Part shown: piece by piece, positions 36,740 through 46,229 of the stretch
How the letters are laid out: every line of letters begins with the position of its first letter
Position numbering within the stretch: the first letter of the stretch is position 1
NCBI GenBank assembly: GCA_001871765.1
Contig: MNVN01000010.1
Span: 74-64,073, forward strand
DNA from: Candidatus Nomurabacteria bacterium CG1_02_43_90
GTDB taxonomy: Bacteria > Patescibacteriota > Minisyncoccia > Phycocordibacterales > UBA1550
DNA: 64,000 nucleotides
Direction: 5' to 3'
Translations under genes and position numbers: made by a program
Notes under the pieces: generated by a model
Told to the model about the DNA's origin: nothing
The model's database searches: none
What the model saw: only the letters and a program-made list of their open reading frames with translations

Positions 36740-38494
36740 ATGGTCGTTAATAATGAAAAGTTAAAAGAGTTTATTGCTGACTCCGGCTTGGTCCCGCGCG
36801 CGGAACTTGATGACGCAGAAAAACGCTCGCTCGAAAAGAAAATATACTTAGGAGAAACACTTGTTTCGGAAGGAAAGCTTTCTGAAGACGACCTCCGCCG
36901 TACCGAGGCATATATTCTCGGTATTCCTTTTGTAAATTTGAAAGGACAAAAAATTGATATTGCCGTATTGTCACTCATTCCTGAACCGATTGCGCGGAAG
37001 CACAATCTTGTAGCGTTCAAAAAAACTCCCACGGTGCTTGAGGTCGCCATGCTCGACACGAATGACCTTACGGCTATTGAATTTGTAAAAAAGAAAGTAG
37101 GACTCAAAATTTTACCGCGTCTTACCGACAAGGACTCCATCAAGGGAACGTTGTTGCAATACCAAAAAAGTCTCAAGGCAGAGTTTGGCGATATTATTGA
37201 AAAAGAGGCGAACTCCCTTAAGGCTATTACCGAAGGAGAAGGGGAGGAAGGGCAGAGCGAAGAAGATCTTAAAAAGCTCGCAGAAGATTTGCCGGTGGTA
37301 AAGATTGTGGACACCCTTTTGAGCCACGCTATCATTCAAGGCGCATCAGATATTCATATTGAGCCGATGGATACCCAAGTGGTCATTCGTTACCGCATCG
37401 ACGGTATGCTTCATGACGCGATGATCTTGCCCAAAACAGCAGCACCAGGAATTGTTGCACGTATCAAAGTTCTCTCCAACTTAAAGCTGGATGAAAAACG
37501 TTTACCGCAAGACGGTCGTTTCAAGATTGAGTCAGCAGGAGAAAAGGTTGCTTTCCGCGTCTCCACTCTCCCCGTGTATTACGGTGAAAAAACCGTTATG
37601 CGTCTTTTGCGTGAGTCGGTCTCGGGCTTCACGCTTGAAGGTCTCGGGTTTCATGGTGTCGGACTTGAGCGTATTTATGAAGCTACGAAACAGCGTGTGG
37701 GTATGATTTTGACCACAGGACCAACAGGGTCAGGTAAGTCAACAACACTCTATACTATTTTGGATATTTTGAATGAGCCGGATGTAAATATTTCAACGAT
37801 TGAAGATCCTATCGAGTACCAAATGACCCGCGTGAATCAAACACAAGTAAAAACAGAGATTGGTCTGACCTTTGCTTCAGGTCTGCGCTCTCTCGTGCGT
37901 CAAGATCCTGACATTATCATGGTGGGGGAAATTCGTGATAATGAAACTGCATCGCTTGCGGTAAACGCAGCACTCACGGGACACCTCGTGCTTTCGACGC
38001 TCCACACTAACTCTGCCGCCGCGACAATGCCTCGTCTTCTCGATATGGATATCGAGCCATTTCTCATTGTTTCGACAATCAACGTCATTATTGCTCAGCG
38101 CTTGGTTCGCCGTCTCTGCAATGTAAAAGAAAAATATGTTCTTACTCCTGCGGAAATTACCGCCCTTAAAAAATCAGTAGACATTGACCGTGTCATGAAA
38201 GTATTGAAAGAGGAAAATGTTGTGTCGCCGAATGTAACATGGGCAGATGTGCCATTTTATCGTTCCAAAAAATCAGAGGAATGCGAAGACGGGTACAAGG
38301 GTCGTGTGGGAATTCACGAAATTTTAAAAATGTCACCAACTATTCGTGATCTCATTATGAAAGGAGCAACTCCCGTCGAGATAGAAGAGCAAGCAAAAAA
38401 AGAAGGCATGACCACGATGCTTGAGGATGGTATTGTGAAAGCGGTACAAGGGGTGACTACGATTGAGGAAGTATTGCGCGTGGTGTCGGAATAA
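36740..38494 (+). CDS. pilB: Type IV pilus assembly ATPase (GspE/PilB family).
   Basis: N-terminal GSPII_E_N domain. Walker A TGPTGSGKSTTLY. Tetracysteine motif. Confidence 0.9.
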   Translation: MVVNNEKLKEFIADSGLVPRAELDDAEKRSLEKKIYLGETLVSEGKLSEDDLRRTEAYILGIPFVNLKGQKIDIAVLSLIPEPIARKHNLVAFKKTPTVLEVAMLDTNDLTAIEFVKKKVGLKILPRLTDKDSIKGTLLQYQKSLKAEFGDIIEKEANSLKAITEGEGEEGQSEEDLKKLAEDLPVVKIVDTLLSHAIIQGASDIHIEPMDTQVVIRYRIDGMLHDAMILPKTAAPGIVARIKVLSNLKLDEKRLPQDGRFKIESAGEKVAFRVSTLPVYYGEKTVMRLLRESVSGFTLEGLGFHGVGLERIYEATKQRVGMILTTGPTGSGKSTTLYTILDILNEPDVNISTIEDPIEYQMTRVNQTQVKTEIGLTFASGLRSLVRQDPDIIMVGEIRDNETASLAVNAALTGHLVLSTLHTNSAAATMPRLLDMDIEPFLIVSTINVIIAQRLVRRLCNVKEKYVLTPAEITALKKSVDIDRVMKVLKEENVVSPNVTWADVPFYRSKKSEECEDGYKGRVGIHEILKMSPTIRDLIMKGATPVEIEEQAKKEGMTTMLEDGIVKAVQGVTTIEEVLRVVSE

Positions 38495-38594
38495 CCCGTC
38501 ATATGCAATACATCCCCAACGGCTCAAATGGGCGGAAATGAGCCGTTGGAGTTTGGTAAAAAACTTGGTGTCGAGGTATACTATATGAAATCGC

Positions 38595-39809
38595 ATGCCA
38601 AAATTTATTTATAAAATACGGGAGAGTTCGGGAGAAGAAGTTTCGGGAGAACAAGAAGGTGCAGACCGTTTTGTGGTCGCTACTGAATTGCGCGGGGAGG
38701 GCAAGACCGTGATTTCCGTGGAGGAAGTTAAAAGCGGTTTTTCTTTTGATATGGAAGCAATTAACGTAATGCTTTCTCATGTAAAAACACAGGAGCTTAT
38801 TGTTTTTTCTCACAACCTGAGCACGATGATGAGGGCGGGTATTTCACTCTCTCGCGGACTTGTCATTCTTGAGCGTCAAACAAAGAACGCTTCATTCAAA
38901 GTAACCCTCAAAACTCTTGCCGAGGAGATTAGTCGCGGTTCGACGCTCTCGGCAGGGATGGCAAAATTCCCTAAAGTTTTTTCGCCAGTGTTTGTGTCGA
39001 TGGTGCGTGCGGGAGAAGAGTCAGGTGGCCTCTCCGATGCATTATTGGTCCTTGGTGACCAACTTGAAAAAAGTTATTTGCTCAAAAAGAAAATCAAGGG
39101 GGCAATGATGTACCCTTCGATTGTGGTGACCACGCTTTTGGTGATTGGGGTACTTATGTTTATGTTTGTTGTCCCTACCCTTGCGGTAACTTTTAAGGAA
39201 CTAAACACAGAACTTCCTGCCAGCACCAAGGCAATTATTTGGATTAGTGATTTTCTCACCAATCACTTAATTTTAGGTATTTTTGCGGTACTGGGAGTTG
39301 GTGCTTCCTTTGTGGTGATCCTTCGAACAAAGGGCGGGCATCGGGCCTTTGAAACGGTACTTTTCCGCCTACCTATTGTGGGCGAATTGGTGCGACAGTC
39401 AAATGCGGCAATGACCACACGCACGATGTCCTCGCTCCTTTCTTCGGGAGTTGATATGGTCGAGGCTATTAGTATTACCAAAGATGTTTTGCAAAATTCA
39501 TACTATAAAGACTTAATGGCTCTTGCGAGCGACCACATACAAAAAGGTATACCGCTCTCATCTGTTTTTTCGGGAACAAATATTTACCCTATCTTGGTCG
39601 GAGACATGATTGAGGTGGGAGAAGAAACTGGCAAACTCTCGGAGATGCTTCTCAACGTGGCGCATTTTTATGAAGCTGAAGTGGATGATGCCACAAAAAA
39701 TATGTCGACGATTATTGAGCCATTGCTCATGGTGTTCATCGGTGCTTCGGTCGGCTTCTTTGCAGTGTCGATGATTTCTCCGATGTACTCGGTAATGAGT
39801 AATATATAG
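38595..39809 (+). CDS. pilC: Type IV pilus inner-membrane platform protein (GspF/PilC family).
   Basis: Two T2SS-F repeats. TM helices. Confidence 0.85.
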   Translation: MPKFIYKIRESSGEEVSGEQEGADRFVVATELRGEGKTVISVEEVKSGFSFDMEAINVMLSHVKTQELIVFSHNLSTMMRAGISLSRGLVILERQTKNASFKVTLKTLAEEISRGSTLSAGMAKFPKVFSPVFVSMVRAGEESGGLSDALLVLGDQLEKSYLLKKKIKGAMMYPSIVVTTLLVIGVLMFMFVVPTLAVTFKELNTELPASTKAIIWISDFLTNHLILGIFAVLGVGASFVVILRTKGGHRAFETVLFRLPIVGELVRQSNAAMTTRTMSSLLSSGVDMVEAISITKDVLQNSYYKDLMALASDHIQKGIPLSSVFSGTNIYPILVGDMIEVGEETGKLSEMLLNVAHFYEAEVDDATKNMSTIIEPLLMVFIGASVGFFAVSMISPMYSVMSNI

Positions 39810-39852
39810 CGAAGTACTTCTTGGCGAAGAATCTAAGAAAAGAGTAACACCC

Positions 39853-40347
39853 ATGCACCACCAAGGAAAAAAAATAAAAAATACCGCCCTCTCTTTTTCC
39901 TCGCGAGGATTTTCTGCTCTCGAGATTCTTGTGGTCATGGGAATACTTGCGGTCCTGCTCTCATCTATCATCCCTTCTTTTTTAAATTTTCGGCGTAATA
40001 CTATCCTTAACACCGAAACACAAGAATTAATGACGATCATCAATCGCGCACGACTCCTTTCAGTATCTTCAAAAAATGATCAGCCGTTTGGTGTTCATCT
40101 CGAATCGGGGAAGGCGGTTCTTTTCGAGGGTGTTACCTATTCTGCTGTTTCTGCGACGAACGACGCACACGTGTTTGACCCCAGCCTCACCCTTGTGTTT
40201 GCCGTGGGTGGCGGAGGTGCGGAGGTGCTTTTTCAAAAGGTTACCGGGGCAACAAATCAAGATGCGACAACCACGCTCTTGGTTACCGGAACCACCGGAA
40301 GTACGACAATTCACGTATTTCCTACCGGCATTGCTTCGATCCAGTAA
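39853..40347 (+). CDS. Type IV pilin-like protein with a prepilin N-terminal cleavage/methylation domain.
   Basis: SRGFSALEILVVMGILAVLLSSIIP. Confidence 0.7.
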   Translation: MHHQGKKIKNTALSFSSRGFSALEILVVMGILAVLLSSIIPSFLNFRRNTILNTETQELMTIINRARLLSVSSKNDQPFGVHLESGKAVLFEGVTYSAVSATNDAHVFDPSLTLVFAVGGGGAEVLFQKVTGATNQDATTTLLVTGTTGSTTIHVFPTGIASIQ

Positions 40348-40370
40348 CGTATCGATAAAAAAGTAAAAAA

Positions 40371-40880
40371 ATGAATACTACTCAATTATCAATTTTTCCC
40401 CCCCACACGTTCTCCTCCCGCGGATTTGGTATGGTGGAAATGCTCGTTGGTGCGGCGGTGCTGTCGGTTTCACTACTCGGCATTTCTTATTTTTTTCAAA
40501 CAACGTTACGTGCGAGCGGTGTTACTCAGTCGGCGATTCAAGGGGATTACCTTCTTGAAGAGGGAGTAGAGGCAACAAAAATATTTCGTGATATGAGTTA
40601 CACAAATAATTTTATGAAAATGTCTACCACGACAACGTACTATTTTGCATGGAATGGTACAAACTGGGCAACAACCACGACGAACACGCTCATTGACGGG
40701 AAGTTTGAAAGAAAATTTACCCTTACCGATGTGAAACGAGATTTGAATAACGATATTGCCACGACCGGAACCTATGACCCCGATATAAAGCTTGTGACCG
40801 TATCCGTTGCCTGGAGTGGCTCTCTTGGAACAACGACTCGCACAATACAGACCTATGTCACTAATATCTTTAATAATTAA
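40371..40880 (+). CDS. Type IV pilin-like protein (pseudopilin).
   Basis: SRGFGMVEMLVGAAVLSVSLLGI. Confidence 0.65.
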   Translation: MNTTQLSIFPPHTFSSRGFGMVEMLVGAAVLSVSLLGISYFFQTTLRASGVTQSAIQGDYLLEEGVEATKIFRDMSYTNNFMKMSTTTTYYFAWNGTNWATTTTNTLIDGKFERKFTLTDVKRDLNNDIATTGTYDPDIKLVTVSVAWSGSLGTTTRTIQTYVTNIFNN

Positions 40881-40882
40881 GT

Positions 40883-41452
40883 ATGATATTTTTTAATAAA
40901 AAAATGGAGGGCGCAGGGCACGGGAAAATTTCTTTTTCAAAGAAATTTTCCCGTGGATTCACCTTAGTAGAAATGGTTATCTACATCGCTTTTTTTGCAC
41001 TGCTCTCGACCTTGGCAATAGAGGCAACCATTGTAGTCATGCGTTCTTTTTATACACTTCGTCTCACGCAGAGCGTAGATCAGTCCGCAACGGTTGCACT
41101 CGAGCGGTTGAGCCATGAAATACGAAATGCTTATGACTTCGATCCTACACAGAGTGTCCTCGGTACTAATCCTGGAAGGTTGACGTTGAATACGAAGGAC
41201 GCGACGGGGTCAAATACAACGGTTGAATTTTATGTGGATGCAGCGCAACAACTTCATCTGCGTGAAGGGGGAGTAGAGGTAGGAGTCTTGGTAAATAAGA
41301 GTGTTTCACTCCCTAACCTCATCTTCCGCTTGGTCGCTACCCCCAATTCAAAGGCAATAAAAGTTGAGATAACTATTAAGGATTCTCGGACGAACATAAG
41401 CCAAATGGTAAAATTTTATGATACAATAGTATTGCGAGGCTCGGTACATTAA
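40883..41452 (+). CDS. Type IV pilin-like protein (pseudopilin).
   Basis: SRGFTLVEMVIYIAFFALLS. Confidence 0.7.
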   Translation: MIFFNKKMEGAGHGKISFSKKFSRGFTLVEMVIYIAFFALLSTLAIEATIVVMRSFYTLRLTQSVDQSATVALERLSHEIRNAYDFDPTQSVLGTNPGRLTLNTKDATGSNTTVEFYVDAAQQLHLREGGVEVGVLVNKSVSLPNLIFRLVATPNSKAIKVEITIKDSRTNISQMVKFYDTIVLRGSVH

Positions 41453-41475
41453 TTAGTAATTAAAGATCTAAGGGA

Positions 41476-42798
41476 ATGAGTTATCAAAAAAAAAGTATTT
41501 CTCGGAATCGCGGTGCTGCAATTATCACCGCCGTCTTGTTTTTTGTTGTTATTAGTATCACGATGGCCATCGGCCTTTCTTCCCCCGTCGTGCGGGAATA
41601 CGTGACTTCTCGTGATTTCGCAAAATCAAAAGGAGCTTACTATCTCTCTGAAGCAGGAAACGAAGATGCGCTCTATCGCATAAAGAACAATAAATCAATC
41701 GGCGCACAAGAAGTCATTTTCCTGAATGGGAATTATGCGACGACGACGATTACCAATACGAGCGCCACACAAAAGGACATTGGTTCTCTGGGTGATATTG
41801 TGTTCAATACACGACGCGTGAAGTCAACGCTCACTACTTCGAGTGGCGCTTCTTTTAGCTACGGAGTGCAAGCAGGGGACGGAGGAGTTCTTTTGCAAAA
41901 TAGCGCAACGATTACGGGTAGTATTTTTTCCTCAGGTCCCATTATCGGAGCAAATAATTTAATTACCGATACGGTAATTTCAGGAGGGACGACGGGCCTC
42001 AACGGATCTATTCAGGGAATTCAAAACCAAGGAGGAAGCTCTATGTACGCAGGAACGATTCGGGGCTCCACCATTTCAGGGAGTGCTTACTGCAATACAA
42101 TATCAGGGTCAAATAAAGCATCTTGTCAGCCACTCGCTGCACAGACTGCACAACCATTCCCCATTGGCGCACAAGAAATTGCAAACTATGAAGCTACTGC
42201 TCTTGCGGGAGGTACGGCTGTTTGCTCGAGCGGCAAGTACACTATCTCAAGTTCCGTAAACCTTGGCCCTAAAAAAATTCCTTGTGACTTGTTTATCAAC
42301 GGTACGGCGACAGGAGGTGGACCAGTGATTACCTTGGGAGGACATGTCTGGGTTGCCGGGAATATCAATATCAAAAATCACGCGACACTACGGATTGACC
42401 CAACTCTTACGGGTCAATCCGTAGTGATGGTCGCTGATAATCCGTCAGGGAATTTGAATAGTAGCACGATAGGTATCGAAGGAAGTGGACTCAACTTCGT
42501 AGGTGCTCCGGGGGGAAATTCTTGGATTACCCTTATTTCCGAAAACATAGGTGCTTCACAGGGTAACCCCAATGAAGCAATTGAGCTTGAAAATGGTGCG
42601 CAAGGAGACATTATTCTGTATGCGCGATTGGGAGACATTAAGCTCAAGAATAATGCATCTGTACAGGAGGTAACGGGGTATAAGATTACTCTTCAGAACA
42701 GTGCCAATGTTACCTATGCGACAGGGCTCCGTAATGTGCTCTTTACATCAAGCGTAGGTGGGTCCTGGACGATTCAGGACTGGAAGGAGGGGCAATAA
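41476..42798 (+). CDS. Large pilus-associated protein with a PilX-like N-terminal hydrophobic helix.
   Basis: N-terminal RNRGAAIITAVLFFVVISITMAIGLSS. Gly/Ser/Thr-rich beta-type C-terminal region. Last gene of the pilus cluster. Confidence 0.5.
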   Translation: MSYQKKSISRNRGAAIITAVLFFVVISITMAIGLSSPVVREYVTSRDFAKSKGAYYLSEAGNEDALYRIKNNKSIGAQEVIFLNGNYATTTITNTSATQKDIGSLGDIVFNTRRVKSTLTTSSGASFSYGVQAGDGGVLLQNSATITGSIFSSGPIIGANNLITDTVISGGTTGLNGSIQGIQNQGGSSMYAGTIRGSTISGSAYCNTISGSNKASCQPLAAQTAQPFPIGAQEIANYEATALAGGTAVCSSGKYTISSSVNLGPKKIPCDLFINGTATGGGPVITLGGHVWVAGNINIKNHATLRIDPTLTGQSVVMVADNPSGNLNSSTIGIEGSGLNFVGAPGGNSWITLISENIGASQGNPNEAIELENGAQGDIILYARLGDIKLKNNASVQEVTGYKITLQNSANVTYATGLRNVLFTSSVGGSWTIQDWKEGQ

Positions 42799-42832
42799 GA
42801 TGCACGTGCAGAATGTTGAGGAAAAGAAGAAG

Positions 42833-42869
42833 CGTGAAAAATGCAGAGCTATGCTCTGCATTTTTCACG
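42833..42869 (+). terminator. Perfect 17-bp-stem hairpin after the pilus cluster.
   Basis: cgtgaaaaatgcagagc-tat-gctctgcatttttcacg. Confidence 0.55.
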
Positions 42870-42879
42870 CCCAAAACTC

Positions 42880-42890
42880 TGTGATACAAT
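42880..42890 (+). promoter_or_regulatory. Extended -10 TGtGaTACAAT, 6 nt upstream of the tpiA ATG (leaderless). It lies inside the palindrome GTGATAcaaTATCAC.
   Basis: cTGTGATACAATatcactATG. Confidence 0.4.
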
Positions 42891-42896
42891 ATCACT

Positions 42897-43664
42897 ATGA
42901 AATCAAAAAAACTTATCATCGGCAATTGGAAAATGTACCCCGTAAACATGAAGGACGCGAAAGCGACATTCAGTGCTATCAAAAAAGTAGCGAGCACTCT
43001 GCGTAACGTGCAGACGGTAATTTGCCCTCCGTTTATTTATGTAAGCGAACTCAAGAAACTCGTAACAGGACACCGTGTCGTCATTGGCGCACAAAACGTA
43101 TGGACTGAAAATGAGGGCGCTTACACAGGAGAAATATCTCCCACCATGCTTACCTCACTTGGTGCTACTTATGTAATCCTTGGACATTCAGAACGTCGCG
43201 CGATGGGGGAGGCAGATGAATTGATAAATAAAAAAGTACTCGCCGCCTTCAAAGCAGGTCTTACTGTAGTACTTTGTGTGGGAGAGAGTATGCGTGATCC
43301 CGACGGTCTATATATGAAATTTATCGCAACCCAAATGCAAACAGCCCTCCACGGTGTTCAGAAAAAAGATTTGTCACAGATGGTCATTGCCTACGAACCC
43401 ATTTGGGCAATAGGGAAGCACGCCACACGCCCTGCACTCCCCGAAGATGTACTTGAGATTTCCATTCTCATCAAGAAAACGCTCGCTGATTTGTACGCAA
43501 AAGATGGTGCCACCGTACCCATACTCTATGGAGGTTCTGTCGATGCAAAAAATGCATGGGAGTTCCTTTTGAAATCTCAAGTCGATGGACTTCTCGTCGG
43601 TCGCGCAAGTTTAGATGCAAAAGTGTTTGGCGAAATACTCTTGAGTGCTGACAAGGTGAAGTAG
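42897..43664 (+). CDS. tpiA: Triosephosphate isomerase.
   Basis: IIGNWKM...ILGHSERR...AYEPIWAIG. Confidence 0.9.
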   Translation: MKSKKLIIGNWKMYPVNMKDAKATFSAIKKVASTLRNVQTVICPPFIYVSELKKLVTGHRVVIGAQNVWTENEGAYTGEISPTMLTSLGATYVILGHSERRAMGEADELINKKVLAAFKAGLTVVLCVGESMRDPDGLYMKFIATQMQTALHGVQKKDLSQMVIAYEPIWAIGKHATRPALPEDVLEISILIKKTLADLYAKDGATVPILYGGSVDAKNAWEFLLKSQVDGLLVGRASLDAKVFGEILLSADKVK

Positions 43665-43765
43665 AGCTCCCTTTCTAAAAAGCTCGAAGTTGATTACGGT
43701 AAACTATTGACAAATCCTCAATTTAGGGTATACAGTACATAGTTATCTGAGCGTAGTCATAGCCA

Positions 43766-43840
43766 AAAGATGCTGATTTTTATAAGAGAAAAATCTTTTG
43801 AGGGGAGATTGGCATTTCCTGGCTATGACTACTTATCAGT
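43766..43840 (+). promoter_or_regulatory. Nested hairpin structure in the long 5' leader of gene 43905.
   Basis: The outer 13-bp stem gtagtcatagcca/tggctatgactac encloses the inner hairpin aaaagat...atctttt. Confidence 0.3.
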
Positions 43841-43904
43841 TTTAGCTCCTTATCTCACGGACAGCGAGAAACTATGAGCGAAGAGCTCTTTATGAGGAGG
43901 TCAT

Positions 43905-44471
43905 ATGAACACCAGAGAATTAACGTCTGATGAAGCTAACGCAATCAATGTCCTTACTGGTGGAGAAGGACCAAAAGTGTTCATCCATACCGGTTTTGAA
44001 TTGAGACAAATAAAACAAAACCCCCCACTCCGACTACTATCATCTTCTGAAACCATTGTTATTCCTGCTTGCAACGGTACACAAACCTTGGCACAAGCCA
44101 AGCAAGCGTTCCCGTCGGGTATTGACGCCGACTTCAAAAACTGGGGGCTCGACACAAGAGGGTCGGCGACAGAAGAAACCGCAGTTTCGGTTTATGAATT
44201 ATGTGAGGGAGCCACTTCCACAAGGATCTTCGGAACTCTCGGAACCGATTTGAATGACGTGTGTCTCACTCAGCACCAGATTATAAAATTCTGCGAAGAA
44301 AATCGAAAATGGCTCCGTCTTGCGCATACTATCTTCTTGTTCAGGGCCGAAGGTAACTTCTTTGTTGCTCACGCGGGCGACAATGGCTTACGTATCCACG
44401 TTCGTCGACTCGGGCATATTGACGTTTGGAACATCGCCCGCGCTCATCGCGTTGTAGTTCCGCTACTTTAA
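43905..44471 (+). CDS. Hypothetical protein (188 aa) inserted between tpiA and pgk.
   Basis: Strong SD GAGGAGG 6 nt before the ATG. No family recognised. Confidence 0.5.
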   Translation: MNTRELTSDEANAINVLTGGEGPKVFIHTGFELRQIKQNPPLRLLSSSETIVIPACNGTQTLAQAKQAFPSGIDADFKNWGLDTRGSATEETAVSVYELCEGATSTRIFGTLGTDLNDVCLTQHQIIKFCEENRKWLRLAHTIFLFRAEGNFFVAHAGDNGLRIHVRRLGHIDVWNIARAHRVVVPLL

Positions 44472-44566
44472 CAAAAAGATTAACACCTCTTTAGCCCCTG
44501 TTTCGAATTAATTCGGAATAGGGGCTTTTTACTACAGCATTTTAAAAGTTGTGATATTATAAAGGC

Positions 44567-45721
44567 ATGAAACAAATAATAATACCGAACATAAAAGATG
44601 TTAAAAATTTAAAAGGGAAGCGTGTGGTACTCCGCCTCGATTTCAATGTACCGATTAAGAATGGCAAAATAGTAGAAACCATGCGTATCGACCGTGCGAT
44701 GCCAACGGTGGAGTTTTTGATAAAGAAAAAGGCGCGCGTAATTATTCTCTCACATATTGGCAAGGATGCTTCGCAGTCACTTCAGCCCGTAGTCCGCTAT
44801 TTGGCAAAAAAGATAAAGGTGGGATTTGTTCCTGATTTTCGCACGGCGCAAGCACGCACGGTTGTGGATGGGTTGTCTGAAGGTGGGGTCGTCGTATTCG
44901 AGAACCTTCGCCTTGATGACCGAGAGACAGAGAATGATGCCGATTTTGCAAAGTACCTTGCATCCTTTGGTGACCTGTATGTGAACGATGCCTTTGCAGT
45001 ATCACATCGTGCACACGCTTCGGTGGTGGGGATCACACACTACTTGCCAAGCTACGTCGGATTCCTTATTGCTAGTGAGATCAAGCACCTCTCTCTTGCC
45101 CTCAGCCCCAAGCACCCATTCCTATTTATCCTTGGTGGTGCAAAGTTTGAAACCAAGATGCCACTGATGAAAAAGTTTATGAAGATTGCCGATCAGGTTT
45201 TTGTGGGCGGTATCCTCGCGAACGATTTTTTCCACGATGTCGGACTCGAAGTAGGGAAGTCCTTTGTCGATAAATATGATTTTAAGCTCACGCCACTTTT
45301 GAAGAAAGGGAAAATTATTTTGCCGCATGATGTGGTGGTGAAAAATGCGGAAACAAAAAAAGTTTCTACAAAACAAATTGATGAGTTGTCGACAGGAGAA
45401 AGTATCGTTGACGTAGGACCCGAGACGATCAAGAACCTCATTCCGCTCATTAAGAAAACAAAACTCATTGTGTGGAACGGACCACTTGGTTTTTACGAAG
45501 AAGGATTTGATAAAGGGACAATTGCTCTCCTCAAGGTGATTGCAGATGCACGTGCAACATCAATCATAGGGGGTGGAGACACTGCCGTCATTGTCGATAA
45601 GTTAGGTATTGGTAAAAAGCTTACGTTCGTTTCAACAGGCGGTGGTGCCACACTCGACTATCTCGAGAACGGCAAGCTTGTAGGATTGGATGCAATTATA
45701 AAGTGTAAGAAGCGGAAGTAA
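44567..45721 (+). CDS. pgk: Phosphoglycerate kinase.
   Basis: LKGKRVVLRLDFNVP. N- and C-domain motifs. Confidence 0.9.
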   Translation: MKQIIIPNIKDVKNLKGKRVVLRLDFNVPIKNGKIVETMRIDRAMPTVEFLIKKKARVIILSHIGKDASQSLQPVVRYLAKKIKVGFVPDFRTAQARTVVDGLSEGGVVVFENLRLDDRETENDADFAKYLASFGDLYVNDAFAVSHRAHASVVGITHYLPSYVGFLIASEIKHLSLALSPKHPFLFILGGAKFETKMPLMKKFMKIADQVFVGGILANDFFHDVGLEVGKSFVDKYDFKLTPLLKKGKIILPHDVVVKNAETKKVSTKQIDELSTGESIVDVGPETIKNLIPLIKKTKLIVWNGPLGFYEEGFDKGTIALLKVIADARATSIIGGGDTAVIVDKLGIGKKLTFVSTGGGATLDYLENGKLVGLDAIIKCKKRK

Positions 45722-45772
45722 AAAGTAAATAAAAACAACACGTAGCTCTTCGGAGCTACGTGTTGTTTTTAT

Positions 45773-46138
45773 TTACTGGAGTGCTTCGAGTATTTTTTGT
45801 GCATTCTCCTCAAACGCCTTTTTGTCACCGAATGCTTTTTCAGGGTTGGGGAAAATCCAAATGTGTGCGTGCTCTACTTCTTCGCCGATAATTTTTGCAT
45901 ATACCTCATCTGTCCCCGATACTTTTTGTAGTGTGCGTGCAATCTTTTGTACTACCAAAAAGTATTGGTCGATTGCTTCGACATCCCAAACCCATCGATA
46001 ATGTTTTTTAGGGATGACAAGTGTGTGTCCCGGGGAGAGGGGGCGAATATCAAGGAACGCAAGAAAGTCTTCATCCTCGTATACTTTTGTGCAGGGGATT
46101 TCACTAGCGATGATTTTGCAGAAGAGGCAGTTGTCCAT
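45773..46138 (-). CDS. HIT-family (HINT-like) protein.
   Basis: CLFCKII. Triad context EVEHAHIWIFP. Confidence 0.8.
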   Translation of the reverse strand: MDNCLFCKIIASEIPCTKVYEDEDFLAFLDIRPLSPGHTLVIPKKHYRWVWDVEAIDQYFLVVQKIARTLQKVSGTDEVYAKIIGEEVEHAHIWIFPNPEKAFGDKKAFEENAQKILEALQ

Positions 46139-46151
46139 AGGTAAATAGTAT

Positions 46152-46215
46152 ACACCAAAGGGTGGGCATTTTTAAGGCGCCCAAAGGCGCCTTAAAAATG
46201 CCCACCCTTTGGTGT
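46152..46215. repeat. 64-nt perfect palindrome (30-bp arms, 4-nt loop) in the divergent HIT/recJ promoter region.
   Basis: acaccaaagggtgggcatttttaaggcgcc-caaa-ggcgccttaaaaatgcccaccctttggtgt. Its right arm contains the recJ extended -10. Confidence 0.6.
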
Positions 46216-46229
46216 GCTACAATGCAGGA

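Noticed and set aside
43680-43730. A CRP-like site reading of TGTGATAcaaTATCAC at tpiA.
   Set aside because: The spacing is N7 rather than the N6 of TGTGA-N6-TCACA. The same TGTGnTA motif recurs at other genes as an extended -10 element, so the promoter interpretation is preferred. The palindrome is noted within the promoter finding.
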